A program made the translations under genes and the position numbers. A stretch of 64,000 nt of DNA from Phoronis australis. Lineage: Eukaryota; Animalia; Phoronida. The notes beneath the pieces are model-generated. The model made no database searches. It was not told the DNA's origin and worked only from the letters and a program-made list of their open reading frames with translations. The stretch is from positions 145,632 through 209,631 of the forward strand of contig NMRA01000196.1 in NCBI GenBank assembly GCA_002633005.1, in the 5' to 3' direction. Shown in pieces: positions 37,113-49,436 of this stretch (position 1 is its first letter; each line of letters begins with the position of its first letter).

Positions 37113-38084
37113 TCAATTCGGCGGTGGTACTACATTGATAGTGATGATCGAACGAAGTACAGTGAGGCGTAAAATTCTGAATAACCCAAACAAAACTGAC
37201 ACTATGTTTTTAGTCATGAAGAAAAGTCCTGAATAAGGAATGACACCAAAGAAAATGATTGCAGAAACACGCAAAACGGCGAACGGCAGATTCATTAAGA
37301 AGATGGACGATAATATTAAAATAACTTCACTGGTTATGTTTTCCGATGGAGGATTAGAAGCTTGCGGTTCTACGTATCCCGGTGAGAAAATAGACGTGGA
37401 CGCTTTCCTTTGAAGGTCAGGGTCATCTTGCTTGAATTCTACTCTGTCCGAGCCAATGATAAAAGTAAACTGCAGCATACTTAGTGAAAAAAATCCCAAA
37501 ACTGCATTGACGAATCTTGCATCGGTAACGGAACCTTTGTAGTTAAGTAAATCCAACAGTTCCAATATATCTGCGCATGTAAACGCTTGCAATAGCCATA
37601 GATTCGATAACTGCCGGTCGCTAAGGTGACGCGTAGGTAACAGCCATCTAGCGAAGACCACCAACAAAAGCGTTGAACTCTCGAGAATGATTGCCCATCG
37701 CCGCAAAGGCATGGTAACTATTCCCTCAGCACCAAATACATGGACTCGATGCGAAGATTTAAAATTGAAATTTCCAGAAATCTGGGCTTGTTCTTCCACT
37801 TTGGTCAGCTCCACGAGCCAAATAGAAGGCAATACAGCTAGCAGATACAATAGGAAATTGGGACAAAACCAACTTTTCCACTCTCGTCCGTGAAACGCGA
37901 ATATGACGACTAGCAATTCAAATATGAGTCCAGGAAGTGGAAACAAAGTCAACGACCACCATCTTGATGCAATGTGGTGTCCTTCATAAAACATTAACAG
38001 AACTATGCCACCGTGAAGAATAAAAAGGGTTCGGGTAAAGAGAGTTCCAAATAAGACAAATCCTTTCGTGTCACGTACACCCAT
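37113..38084 (-). CDS. TMEM26: TMEM26-family multi-pass membrane protein, single coding exon, 323 aa
   Basis: Family motifs TRTLFILHG, GREWKSWFCPNFLLYLLAVLPSIWLVEL, ARWLLP, LSNLWL..ADILE, SLSMLQF, PFAVLR and FFMTKN; intact ATG-to-stop ORF. Orthologue vs paralogue is unresolved. Confidence 0.9.
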   Translation of the reverse strand: MGVRDTKGFVLFGTLFTRTLFILHGGIVLLMFYEGHHIASRWWSLTLFPLPGLIFELLVVIFAFHGREWKSWFCPNFLLYLLAVLPSIWLVELTKVEEQAQISGNFNFKSSHRVHVFGAEGIVTMPLRRWAIILESSTLLLVVFARWLLPTRHLSDRQLSNLWLLQAFTCADILELLDLLNYKGSVTDARFVNAVLGFFSLSMLQFTFIIGSDRVEFKQDDPDLQRKASTSIFSPGYVEPQASNPPSENITSEVILILSSIFLMNLPFAVLRVSAIIFFGVIPYSGLFFMTKNIVSVLFGLFRILRLTVLRSIITINVVPPPN

Positions 38085-40287
38085 TGCGGTAGTTTGTTTA
38101 TCACCGAATATCCGTAAAATACGTTTTGAATTTCATTTTCTTTTTCTTCAGTATTTAATGACAAATCTTGAATAAAATGTTTCGTCAAGCTTGAATGGCT
38201 AAAATAAAGGGATGACGTTATAGAGCGATTGTGAAATCACGTAATAAATTGTAATATTTGACATTGCTAAATCTTCAAGTTTAAAGTTGGATTTGCATCC
38301 CGTGTGCACATTAAAGTCAAAACAGTGTATATAGGCTTTGTTTTCGACAGGTAATAATTGCTGACTTAAAGCATCATATCTCAGAAATGACTGATCGGAG
38401 TGAAATACTTGTATAATATTACTATTGATTACATGTATGTGTTTCATGCTCTCGACTCCAAAACTGTTTGAAATTGAACCACAGTTGTGATAGTGGCTAT
38501 CAAAATTATGTCTATAATGATTTTTAGGAGAAAATCAAACGTTGCGTGAAACGATAAAAACGAAGTGACAATTTAGAAAATTGTAACTGCGTTTCTGATA
38601 TGTCGTCTTGAACATTCATATCAAGCAAAATATGGTCATGTTATTGTTGAGGATTCATATCAATCAAAATATGGTCATGTTATTATCGTCCATGTGTTGC
38701 CATACATGTACATGTACATGTTCCTTTCTTATTTGGAACAGTTGTACTTTTACAAAGACGTGGTCACGTAACCCACACACTGCAGATTGAAAAAAATCAA
38801 AAAATAAATACCAAAGGATTTCGACTCTCAGAGAATGTATACTTAACCTACGTTGAGGTTATCTCAAACTTTGTTTATTGGCCTCCACTCGTATATAAAA
38901 AACTAAGCCGACTAGAAAAGTATATATTTTCTGAAAGAAAAAGACCAGGGAATATGAAAATAGGTTTTGTACTTAATATATACCATGATTATTATTATTT
39001 CGTTACCATCTTTTTAAGCCAAAATTCCATTTTAAAAAAGGTGCATTCAAAGAAAAGTAACCCTCAATTTTAATGAATCCCCTTTTAAATAAAAATTTCA
39101 CCATTTACCTCCAAAACTCTGTTAGGACTTTTCGATTAGTCTTTTCTTTTGGTTTCTATGACAAATCAACTCGCAAAACGTATGGTATTTTTGCAAAAAT
39201 AAAAGTCGTGTTTGTCTTGGTTACATTCGTAAAAACTAGGCCTTTATAATGAAAATAGTACCGTCGTTTTTTGCGATGAATACACATTAAGTTTAAAAAA
39301 ATTCAGCGACATCCACCAAGCCGTTTAGGAGCACTCGTGTTCTTAAATTCAAATAAAGCAGACTTGCCGAAGTAGAAAAAAGCCGATTAAACTGGGACGA
39401 GTGAAAATCTCAAAGTCTTCGGTTAATTATTCGATGAAAACTTCTTTTCCTTCAATGTAATCTAAACATGACCTAACCATGTTTGCTATTTCGACATTCA
39501 CTCGCAATGTCAACAGAATTCGCATTGCGTAATTAACTTAAATATTATGATTAAAACGCACCGTCTACAGCCACGAGTTGGGATCAACAGTTCATTGATG
39601 TACATATACGCTGTAGTCTGTACACATCACGTGCCGGGAGACTGATATGAAACCAAGTAGAAAATGGATAACCAAAACCTAGTCGGTGGTTAAAGCATAT
39701 CGTTAGTATGAGATCAGAACAGCGAAATACCAATTTACTTATTAAATTAATGAATTTGGGTGAGAATTTATCTCTTTTCACAACTTGCTTTGTTCATGAC
39801 TACAAAAGCGTGAGCACAACTCTCTCAAGATCGAAACTACACTTTTTATTTTTCCCGGCACGTTCTATCATAAGTACAGTACACCTCGTTGACTCAATAT
39901 TATGGCGACTCTGTGAATGAAAGGATTGAGGGTGCATACGAAGCTCTTCTGTACGTGGCGGGAAATTCGGTTTTGAGTAACAGCCCTGTAACCTTTGACC
40001 TCAGCTAAGACGTAAAGAAATATCCACACGGTTGTGTGGTTCCAAGGTGGTTCTGCAACATCCTTTATCGCGCTACACGGTATACATTTTGTATTTGATG
40101 TTCCCCGAGAATCAAGAAGAGGTATTTTTGCTAGACACATGTGAAATACTGTAAAAATGGCCAATTCTGTGAATAAGGTTTGAAACAACCTTAAATTGTA
40201 CGGTTTTGTACACCTTTGGCCGTTGTCCAGATTTGGCAGTATGGTCCAACCATAACCTTGAACAGAAAGTTTCATTTCTAGCACAAA

Positions 40288-40370
40288 TACACACAGAAAC
40301 ACGTGCGGGCGCGCACACACACACACACGTACGCACACACGCACGCATGCACGCCTGCACGCACAGATAC
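40288..40370. repeat. (CA)n-rich microsatellite
   Basis: CACACACA/CACG runs. Confidence 0.85.
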
Positions 40371-42033
40371 ATAAAACAATACACCGTTACTACTTGAAAA
40401 AGCAACGTTTCATAATTCTACTGACAAGTAGGCGATAATCGGATTTAAAGGAAGGCCCGAGAGTCCTTTTTTAGGGGCACTTGCATCATTTTCCTTCAAA
40501 ACCGGTAGTTGCTCTCCCTTGCAACAACCTAGATCCATCGTCAAGGATTACAGATCTGAAAGCTTAAGGTGAACGTTTACTATTAACTAATCTCACTGTT
40601 ATACCCACTCCAGACAACATTTTCAACACCTATACCAACACAAATGTAAAAAGCTGTCCTTGTTTGCACTAAACATTGGCAAGTGACTACATTGTACATC
40701 GTGTTCCTTCCCACAGCGCGTGACACAGCAGAACAAAAATCGCATTCTGATTGCGTCAGGCATTTTCGTAGCCTCACGTTCCTCTCGAAGGTGAGCGTTA
40801 TCTGCGCATGGGCAAACTTCAGTAAAACTGTCAATCATTCTATAGTTTGAAAGTCACATGACTTACAGTGCACTGTCAGACTGAACTTCCGTACATACTC
40901 GAATAACGCATCGTTCAACTCTGTCAGGAGTATACCGACACTGTTCTTAATTTAATTATTTGTTTTATTGTTCTGTTTGTGTTCTAGCAGTGAGGTATTG
41001 ATTGGCATGACCCTTGAGGTCAGGACAGCGATGATATAATTTGTTTACCAAACAACAGTGTGAGACATTCTAGAATATTCCAGCATGTACATGTAAGTGA
41101 TTAAGAGGGTGTATACACTGGTCAAATATCCAGAAAAAAAGTTTTTATTGTAGTTCGTTTTTTAAAATATCGTATTTTTTAATTTTCAAAAAATCTAATT
41201 TTACATCACATTTTTTAAAATGCACAGGGATTATCATCATCTGTTTTCTTACGCAATATTCTACTTATCCATACCAAATATATGTACAAAATCATAAGGA
41301 TCTTGATTTTGTGGCATTTTTGCTAGTGAATTGGGGCAAGCACGCCACTTTCTCTCATTTGGTCACTTTCCGTCTAATAACTAAAAATCTGATCCATGTA
41401 TCAAAAAACCCTGGCAGGAGATTTTACTTCAGTTCTATAGGATTTCAAATTTGAAAATTTTTGTAAAAATTGACCCCCGTGTTGCGGAAAAATAGGCCCG
41501 AGAATCTTGTCACTACCCTGAAATCACGAGCCAAGAAAAACGGCGTTGAACTTAAAGTCCTTCTCTCACGCGTTATTAACCCTTATTACATGGTTAGAGG
41601 ATGTTATAAGGATCCAAGTAGTACCTACCCCATAACTANCGTATTAAACAACATTCTACAGTGCTAACTTTCGTTTAGCACTGTGATAGAGTGTAGAACC
41701 CAGGCGGAGAAAAGGCCATCAGTGCGACTGGAGCAGTGCCTGTGGTGTTACCAGCCAGCAAACGGGGATAAAATAATCGACAACGCAACTTAATTTTAAT
41801 AAAATCAAACTACGGACAATTTTATCGAATTTGTTGAAGAAATATGACGAAAAAATTTTGACAGAAATTATTTTGCCAGACTCGGGACCGCAGCCTATCG
41901 GACCCGGTGCGGATCGAGACCAGACTCTGGGAACGGTAAATGCATGCTGTTGCAAGCTGTTTTGTTGAAGTAAAATGGTTAAATCATAAATGCCGCATAT
42001 ATTCAAGGGTAGTTCCAGACACTTGCATGAAAT

Positions 42034-44123
42034 TGACCTATCGCCAGGATTATGACGGACGGCTTAATTGACTAATCAGAACGCAGCATTCTTGGCACAC
42101 CTTCGTCTGTGTTTCCAAGTCGCCATTTTAACCGACAAACCACACGTAGTCGAGTAAAACTTACTTTAGTCTTTAGCTCAAGAAATTGTCCGCTAAGAAT
42201 GGGGAAACGGTGATAAGGCGTGTATAGCACCGACAGCCGTTATGCTGCTCCAGAATAATATCCCGTCATTTTTTGGCATGTCCTAAGACGAAAATGATGT
42301 TGAAAAATGTAAACTATGGATCAAACTGTACGGCCACACGAGCAGCTGAACTTAGCGATGTTGCTTGCTAACTCGAAGGCTATAATAAACACAAATATAT
42401 TAGTTCAAAGATACGCACTTTTCAGCTTGGTGGTCATGGTGCAGGGCTATCTCAGATTTTGACTCCCAAGATTCCTACGTCTGGCCGCCTTTGTCTCGGC
42501 GCCTGATGGATCTCAGCACTCTAGCGGTAGTCCCCGGAAATTGTTGTTTTCAAGGACATTTCTATTTCATGTTTTTTTATTTATTTCAACCTAATGGACA
42601 TTATTTTGTTTCGTATCAGAGGTACATTTTTGTTATTCATAAACAGTAGGCTGGTGTTCAACTGAACTTCTCTCCCGGTCAAAATTCATAGATTCGATCG
42701 GCACAGGGAAGGGCACTGGATTACTGCCGGAACTCAAAGCCTTGGTCGAGCTGTTGTCACTAAAAATAAACTGTTGAATTACTTTTTGACGTGTACCTCT
42801 AGTATACACTATGTCTGTAAAGTTAGAGAGAGCTCATTTTGAAGTTGTTCAAATATGATATTTAGATTTATGAAGCATTAAAAAAGAATTTGAGTTATTT
42901 TTGTAAATACCCTATTTTTGCAACTACCACACCAGACTTGTAATCTTTTGTAACAATACCACGACTTAGTGATCATGCTACCTTCAAAATTAAATGGAAG
43001 CTACATGTACCTTTATGGAATAAAACTACAAAAAATGCCAAGTTCATAAGAAGGTACGCCTAATTTAAATGTCTTAATTGTGCAAACAGACAATTCCATA
43101 GGCGGATCTGGGGGGGGGCAGGGACCCCAGCCCCCCCTTTTTGGCTGCCGCAAGCAAAATGAAACAAGAAGAGCGGGAAGCGTGAGGAAATATTGAGTTC
43201 AGTAACTAGGACCGGTAGCGGAAGAGGGGGGCTCAGACCCCAGATCGCGGCGGAATCGTGTTCCTGTTGTTTTAGTCCACCGATAGATTTTCTGAACAGA
43301 AGGTCCAAAGGTCTACATCCCTGGCCCCTGCAACTTTCGGGCCGCCTGTGCGCATACAATCGCATTTTGCTCAATTCCACGAGGCAACATATGTTGGGCC
43401 CCCCTGTGGTGTTCTAGATCCGCAACTGAATTCCAGGCATTAATTTGACTTAGACACAGCCCTAGACCTACCGGAGCTAACTGTTTGCCTAGGACGAGAC
43501 GAGTGTGTACCTGAGCTATGAACTTGAATTTTTTATCAAAATATTTCGTTACAAGATTAGAAAAGCGTAAACAGTGCTATCGATTCGACCTAGTCAGAGA
43601 CTATAGTGCATGTGTTGTCTGTAATCTATGACTTACTTTACTCCAGGAGTCCCACCAGAGTTGTGACCTACTTTTCATTTGGCGAATTTTAGCAGACGAC
43701 AGAATAATAATATCGGTGAATCTTCACTGATTTTATTCGAAAGATCATGAAATCTATGGAATCGTACAGATAATTCGACTTTAAGGTACATACCCAGCTT
43801 TACATGAACATATCGTATCAGTGGCCTTGTCATTTGTCAGGTGAAGGTTGCCCCGAGGCCAAGGGTTTCTTCGGATTTTCGCTGGCTCATCGAGCACGTA
43901 TTTTTTCATAGTCACCTTTACAAATTCCCATATCATGAACTTACGATTCTCTGTTGAAAAGCATCGCCTCTTGCCTCTGTCGAAGCGTTTTCAAATAGTG
44001 CAAAAACACTCATCGATACCTCCAGGAACGTCGTTTAGCGACAGTGTATTTGCCTCTGACATCTCGTTCGATTGTCGGGTATCACGTGAATTTTAGCATA
44101 GGAGCGGAGCTTGCGATAGGTCA
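42034..44123 (+). mobile_element. ISL2EU-like DNA transposon derivative
   Basis: TIR TGACCTATCGC/GCGATAGGTCA with an AT (or AATT) TSD shown by the empty paralogous site. Decayed THAP N-terminus at ~42199-42410 (MGKR..STDSRY...EKCKLWIKL..RPHEQLNL..KHKYI). Possible convergent second-ORF start near 44060 on the minus strand. Confidence 0.7.
43097..43428. mobile_element. MITE with CA-terminus GCGGATCT TIRs and 5-bp TSD, nested in the ISL2EU-like element
   Basis: AATTC|CATAGGCGGATCT...AGATCCGCAACTG|AATTC; relatives at ~1421 and ~3110-3246. Confidence 0.75.
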
Positions 44124-46866
44124 ATTACGGGCTGGTTAGTCCTGTGTCACACTGCCGCCGCAGACCTTAGTTAGCCTCAGTCAGCAGCTACATGTACCAG
44201 TGAAGACTATCGTCAAAATACAGCTTGTTAGTAGGCCTATACAGCTTTGCGCCAAGGCTACCCTTACAGGTAGGCCTAACTGGTCGCTGGCCACAGCGCT
44301 CGCTCAAACGAGGTTTACTTAGAACTTGGGTACTTCTGGCGAACTGTGCAAAGTTGTTGGCTTTCAATAGAGATTTTCCCAGACTTTGTATGAGCGCACC
44401 AAGCCTAAAAGAATGGGGGGGGGGCTGGAATTTTTGGGAATGTCTATATTTTACTGTAAGATTCAGTGGGTCTGTTCAGAGCTATGAATTGCAGACTCTA
44501 AATTTTGGTACTTCCTGTCTTCTAGTGGAATATTGTCACATTTTCTACTTTTTTTCGGAAATCGTGCTTCTGTGACTGAGGCAGACCTTTTTCCAGTTCT
44601 CCAAAAAGGGGGCTCGTTCGAGCACATAAGTATGACAAGTCCAATACAATATGTTATCATTTTTTATTCATTAACCCAAAATGATTCAAACTTTTAACAT
44701 AATAAGTAACTTAAAATGCACAATACTTTACAACATTTAGCATTACAGCACTATTCAACAGCAACAGTTTCCATGATATGAAAGTGGACATACATGTAAC
44801 TATTACCATGGTGACGGAATAGTGTTTCCTTACACCAGAATTTGACAAGCATTATGAAGTTGCAAGGAACAAGAATTAGAGGCTTTAAGCTTCACAATCC
44901 AACATAGCTTATTTCCCAAATTCATATTATTCATATTGTATGTTGACTTGATAACCTGAATTAAGAAGCAATAACTTACAAAACATGACTTGAAAGCAAT
45001 TCAGACTTAAAATTTAGACAATATATGAATCACTTTGTGACACCGAATCAAGACATGAACAGCAGTTCACAGTCAAACAAAAAACCGTTTCAAAATTATT
45101 TCAACTATTGTTTAGCCTAGTGTAAGATCACCTGAATGGGAAATTTACAGTAAAATAATTCGAATACATCTTATATTGTTGCACAAAAAACACGTAAATT
45201 GAACAAATTTTCTTTTTGTAGCAACGTTTGTCAAAATGTATCACAATAAATCTTCACAAATTACAAAGTAGCCGATTGAACATGCCTTTCAGTTCAGCAA
45301 AAGTCGCCATGTTGTCGGTGCCGCCAGAAATGAAACGAAGTCCAATGGGAATTGTGATCACATTTATCACTTAATGAGTAACTGAAATTTGGTGCACACT
45401 GTTACATGTAAATCGTGCAGAATAGTAAGTAAAGATATGTCTAACTAAATTTCACCTTAATTTGTTGGCAATTTACACAAAGTTTTAAACTCGTAATTAA
45501 TCCCGCTGTCCTCCAATATGGCCGACGCCATCCAAACAAAGTGACCCAAATTTCACCACAAAACTTGCAATAACTTTACACTGCTTGCCCCGATTTTGAT
45601 ACTTTTTCGATTTTTACTGAGTAGAATGCACTACCTTTCCGATTATTGCAAAGTACTTTTTTATAACGAGAAAAAATAAAACCAAAAAATAGGTTCGACC
45701 AAAATTGGTTCCTAGGTTCGACCGGCCTACGTAAGGGACTAAACTCCAATGCTATTTTAAAATACTAAGTACGCGTAACATTCCAAAAACATCAACGACC
45801 ACTAACTACGAACTATAAATACACTACATATGCAAACGAATCACGAGATATTACTTACAGAACAAAATAATGAAGACTTTTCGAGCAAACGATAGCACAT
45901 TCAGTTACAAGGAAAAATGGCGGCTTTCAGGACAAGTTCCTGAACTGATGAGCCGGAAATGTGGGTACGGAAATAACCGATGATAACCGGTAATCATATG
46001 CTCAGAGAGAAGGGTCAAATACTGTTCAAAATCGCTTTTGCCTTCCACTAAAATCGAATAATATGAGTTCAAATTCAGGGACAAGTTTGAATCTATGCAC
46101 TGGAACAATTTTGTTATGATGAACACTGGGTCATTTCTCTAGTTCTTTGGGTTAAGGCCGGCGGCAAGTTAAAAAGTCCACTGAGTTTGGCAGCCTAGCT
46201 CCTCCACGGCGCGTTCCTAGCAAAGAAGCACGGTTTATTTCAAAAAAACTCTACTCTGACGGCATGTAATTGTCCATGTCTCGCACGCGCGGCGTGTCTT
46301 CACAGTGCGTGCATGCACTCTCATCGAATCGTGCATCACCACCCACGTCGACGCTCAGCGTCCTCTCGCAAGACACCTCACCTTTCCGACTTCTCTTGCA
46401 CGCGCACATTTTTCTGCACTGAATCCTGAAGCTGAGTGTGGTGATGGCTTCGCCTAGGACTTCGCGCACTCAACTTAATTTTTTGCAGATGGACAAACGG
46501 CTCAGTTCACCATTTCACCACCAACTTTCACATGGTCAAACATAGAATTATTTTATTCTTAGTCTCGCTTCAACATCTGTATCAGCTGGTACAGCACTCT
46601 CGATTGCCCGGTTACGCAATGTTTGTTGACAGTGTTAGCGTCCTTGTATAAGCTCCGCCCCAGTTGTCAGTCACTGAGCTGGTGAGCAGTCAAGCCACAT
46701 GACTTACTTAAGCTTGGTCAAATATAATTTAAAAAAAACATCTTTGGATTTTCAGCCAATAATTTTATTTTTCTTCATTATACTGTGCATCAAGAGATAA
46801 AGATTAGGGTGAAATAAAAATGTAAAAGAACAGTCGAAATTATTTTTGTGTATCCACCTACCTTAA

Positions 46867-47368
46867 TGTAATCTGGAACATTCTAGAGCCTATTGTACAT
46901 TTATGTTGGTGGAATGATAGGGTAGAAGCCAGAAAGTTCTAGAATGTGCATGAAGTGGTGAAAAGTTCTAGAACATTGCAATAGATTATAAATACCCAAG
47001 CACGGGTTTGTGATAGTTATTTGAAAGATAGTTACAAAGGGTTACAGCTGAGTTGCACTGAAGAGAATCAGCAGTTACAACGATAGTCGATAGAGAGCCA
47101 GCTATCGAGACAGAAAGTTATTGAATCAGCGTGTGTAGCAGTTGCTGGAAGTGTCTCAGAAATTGATCACAAGTCAAGGCTTCGCAGCACTGGCTGAAGC
47201 ATAGGACAGACATTACGTCGGGCGTTTTGTTTGAGTAGGTTTGTGAACGTATGGATGTAATCAATGAAGTGATTAAGTCGAATCAGTCTTCAGTCTATCG
47301 TCGCACCGAAAGCTATCCACGGGTCAGTAACCACCTGTACCCACTCGCACACGGGGAAAAACGTGACA
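46867..47368 (+). mobile_element. Solo-LTR-like sequence with heat-shock elements
   Basis: TGTAA...TGACA ends, TATAAATA at 46987, and nGAAnnTTCnnGAAn arrays at 46875, 46931 and ~46965. No TSD seen. Confidence 0.5.
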
Positions 47369-47594
47369 AACTCCAAGGACATGTGGAACACCTCAAATTT
47401 TCTCTCTTTTCGTGATGCGACTCCATTTTGGTCATAAAATTAGAAGTTCACACTTCATAGAACGTAGACAGGAAATTCATGCAATACATGTTATTGACCT
47501 ATAGAAAAAGAATTGATCGCGACACATTTATTGATTTCAATGAAATATGAGTTGCTGAATTTTAAATGGTCATAATAAAAGAGCATTTGTTTTC

Positions 47595-47932
47595 TCACTG
47601 AGGCTCAACACGAAACTGTCGCATGGCGAAAATCAGTTTTTGTTCTCTTATAGTGATTGCGGCTTCTACGGAATCTCCGGCCTTGTTGAGACGTTCTTCA
47701 GCGACCTCTGTTGCCCAATAAAAAAGCAACAGCACCCCTAGACTTGCTGCTTCTGCATCGTCCTCGTTGTACTTGCTCAAGATGTCAGTAGCGCGAGATG
47801 CTATTTCTGGTTCCAGCCTCCTGTTGTTAAACGATTTCAGCATTGCAAGAAATCCATGGTGGTCATCGTTTCGAACTGTCTGGCACAGAGCTCGGCACTG
47901 CTCCCATTTCCTTGTAAGGCCTTCGTGGTAGC
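47595..47932 (-). CDS. Type I membrane protein with dynein-MTBD-like C-terminus, exon 3 (last)
   Basis: Acceptor ACTTTTCTTAAG|GC, phase 1. (G)YHEGLTRKWEQCRALC...FLAMLKSFNNRRLEPEIASRATDILSKYNEDDAEAASLGVLLLFYWATEV...PQ*. AATAAA at 47527-47532 (minus). Confidence 0.85.
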
Positions 47933-49334
47933 CTTAAGAAAAGTGTATATGTTACCTACTTAAGACCTAGTTGTTCACAAAAGTATCAAATAGTAAGCAG
48001 CATAGTCTGTTTCCATCAGTAAGCGCACTGTGTGTGGAAAACCTTGTAGCAAAAATACTGAGACCGACGGCTTATTTTCTACGTTGAAAATACTTTCACT
48101 GAAAATGTTGTGATGTCCTAGACAATAGGCAAGTATTTCATTACTAAGGAACATCTAATATTTTGTACGAAGACAACATCCAAACCCGCTAACGGATATG
48201 CAAATGTCTGGTGTTAGTGGTAATTATTCCTTATGAACGGAGTGGAAATATAATATCAAAATACATGCATGTACTACTCTGAACACAGACTTTCAAAATT
48301 CGTTTGTTGGTGGTTTTAAAAGATAGATAATCATCACAATTAGTGAATATTGCTTAAAGCATAGAAGTCACATTCTGTATAAAATGAGTCGTGGACAGAT
48401 TATGACGAACTCCCCAGCGGTCAGCCTTTCATAGTCAATAACTGACCGCTCAATTGACTACCGCGCACCTCATAGACTAAGAACTGTACTGTACAAAAGA
48501 AAGACCAAAAGCAGTCGGTTCTGGAATGTTTTTAAAAATCAAGGCGGTGCAGCGTTATTTGTATTTGGTCGCTCACTTTTTCAAAAATGAAAATCAATCT
48601 GAAATGAGCACAACTGGTACGAGATTAAACAGTGTTAACCGTGATGTTTGCTGGGGGTAGACAGCCAAATGACGTCGTATGGAAGTTGCAAGCTATTGTA
48701 TAACTTGTGAGATCCAAGCGACTGTCGTAAGCGCGTACCATGGTTATGGCCTATGGGAAGCTACCATTGTTTCCTTTGTTGCGTCTTTGTTGGATATACT
48801 GTAATAATACAGGTTGCACAGATATCGTACATTGGGCGCACATCAGCCGGTTACCGAAAAATCCTTACCAAGTAAGAAAGAAAAGCAAAGTGAATAATGG
48901 ATTCGCCTATCTACCGATATCTACATGTATGCGACGAGCTTGCGACCTTGTTTCCCGTGGGAAAGCCCAAACATTTGGAGGTCGATTGCTGATGGCAATG
49001 CGTTCTGTTTCTCAATATTGAACTTGAATTTGCTCTAGCAAATCATGTATCTTATAATTCTAATGAATGTGATCAGGCTATATCGACACTATCCCAGTGT
49101 AATGCTACAAACAGCTAAAATGTCATTTTGACAAGATTGAAATTAACCGCAGTATTTTCAGATTTTACTCCTAATTTGTGTTTCACGATACAATTTAAAG
49201 TGGCTTGGGACGCTAAAAGCAGACTAAAGTGCACTATTCAAAGTCACTCTCTATCACTGAAACAGAATTCAACCTGCTAACTAGGTATTTCTTACGGTTT
49301 GCTCATAAAGACTTTTAATTTCGGTTGATATTAA

Positions 49335-49436
49335 AGGCGAAGGCAACCTTTTTCCATGTCATTTTGAGCTAAAATAAGGTTGGTTGGCTATCCTAGACAT
49401 ATTTTCCACTTAATTACAGCTTCTCGTAATTTTGTT
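49335..49436. mobile_element. Solo Kolobok TIR fragment
   Basis: TTAA|AGGCGAAGGCAACC...CGTAATTTTGT, then TNTAA; ~100 bp nearly identical to the TIRs of 54258-55941. Confidence 0.8.

Larger units (their letters stand above)
41567..45628 (+). repeat. Interspersed repeat family (unclassified), copy 2, split by a nested insertion at 42034-44123
   Basis: Collinear with 10062-12088. The empty site GCATAAAATTACGGG in copy 1 corresponds to GCATGAAAT[insert]ATTACGGG here. Confidence 0.85.
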
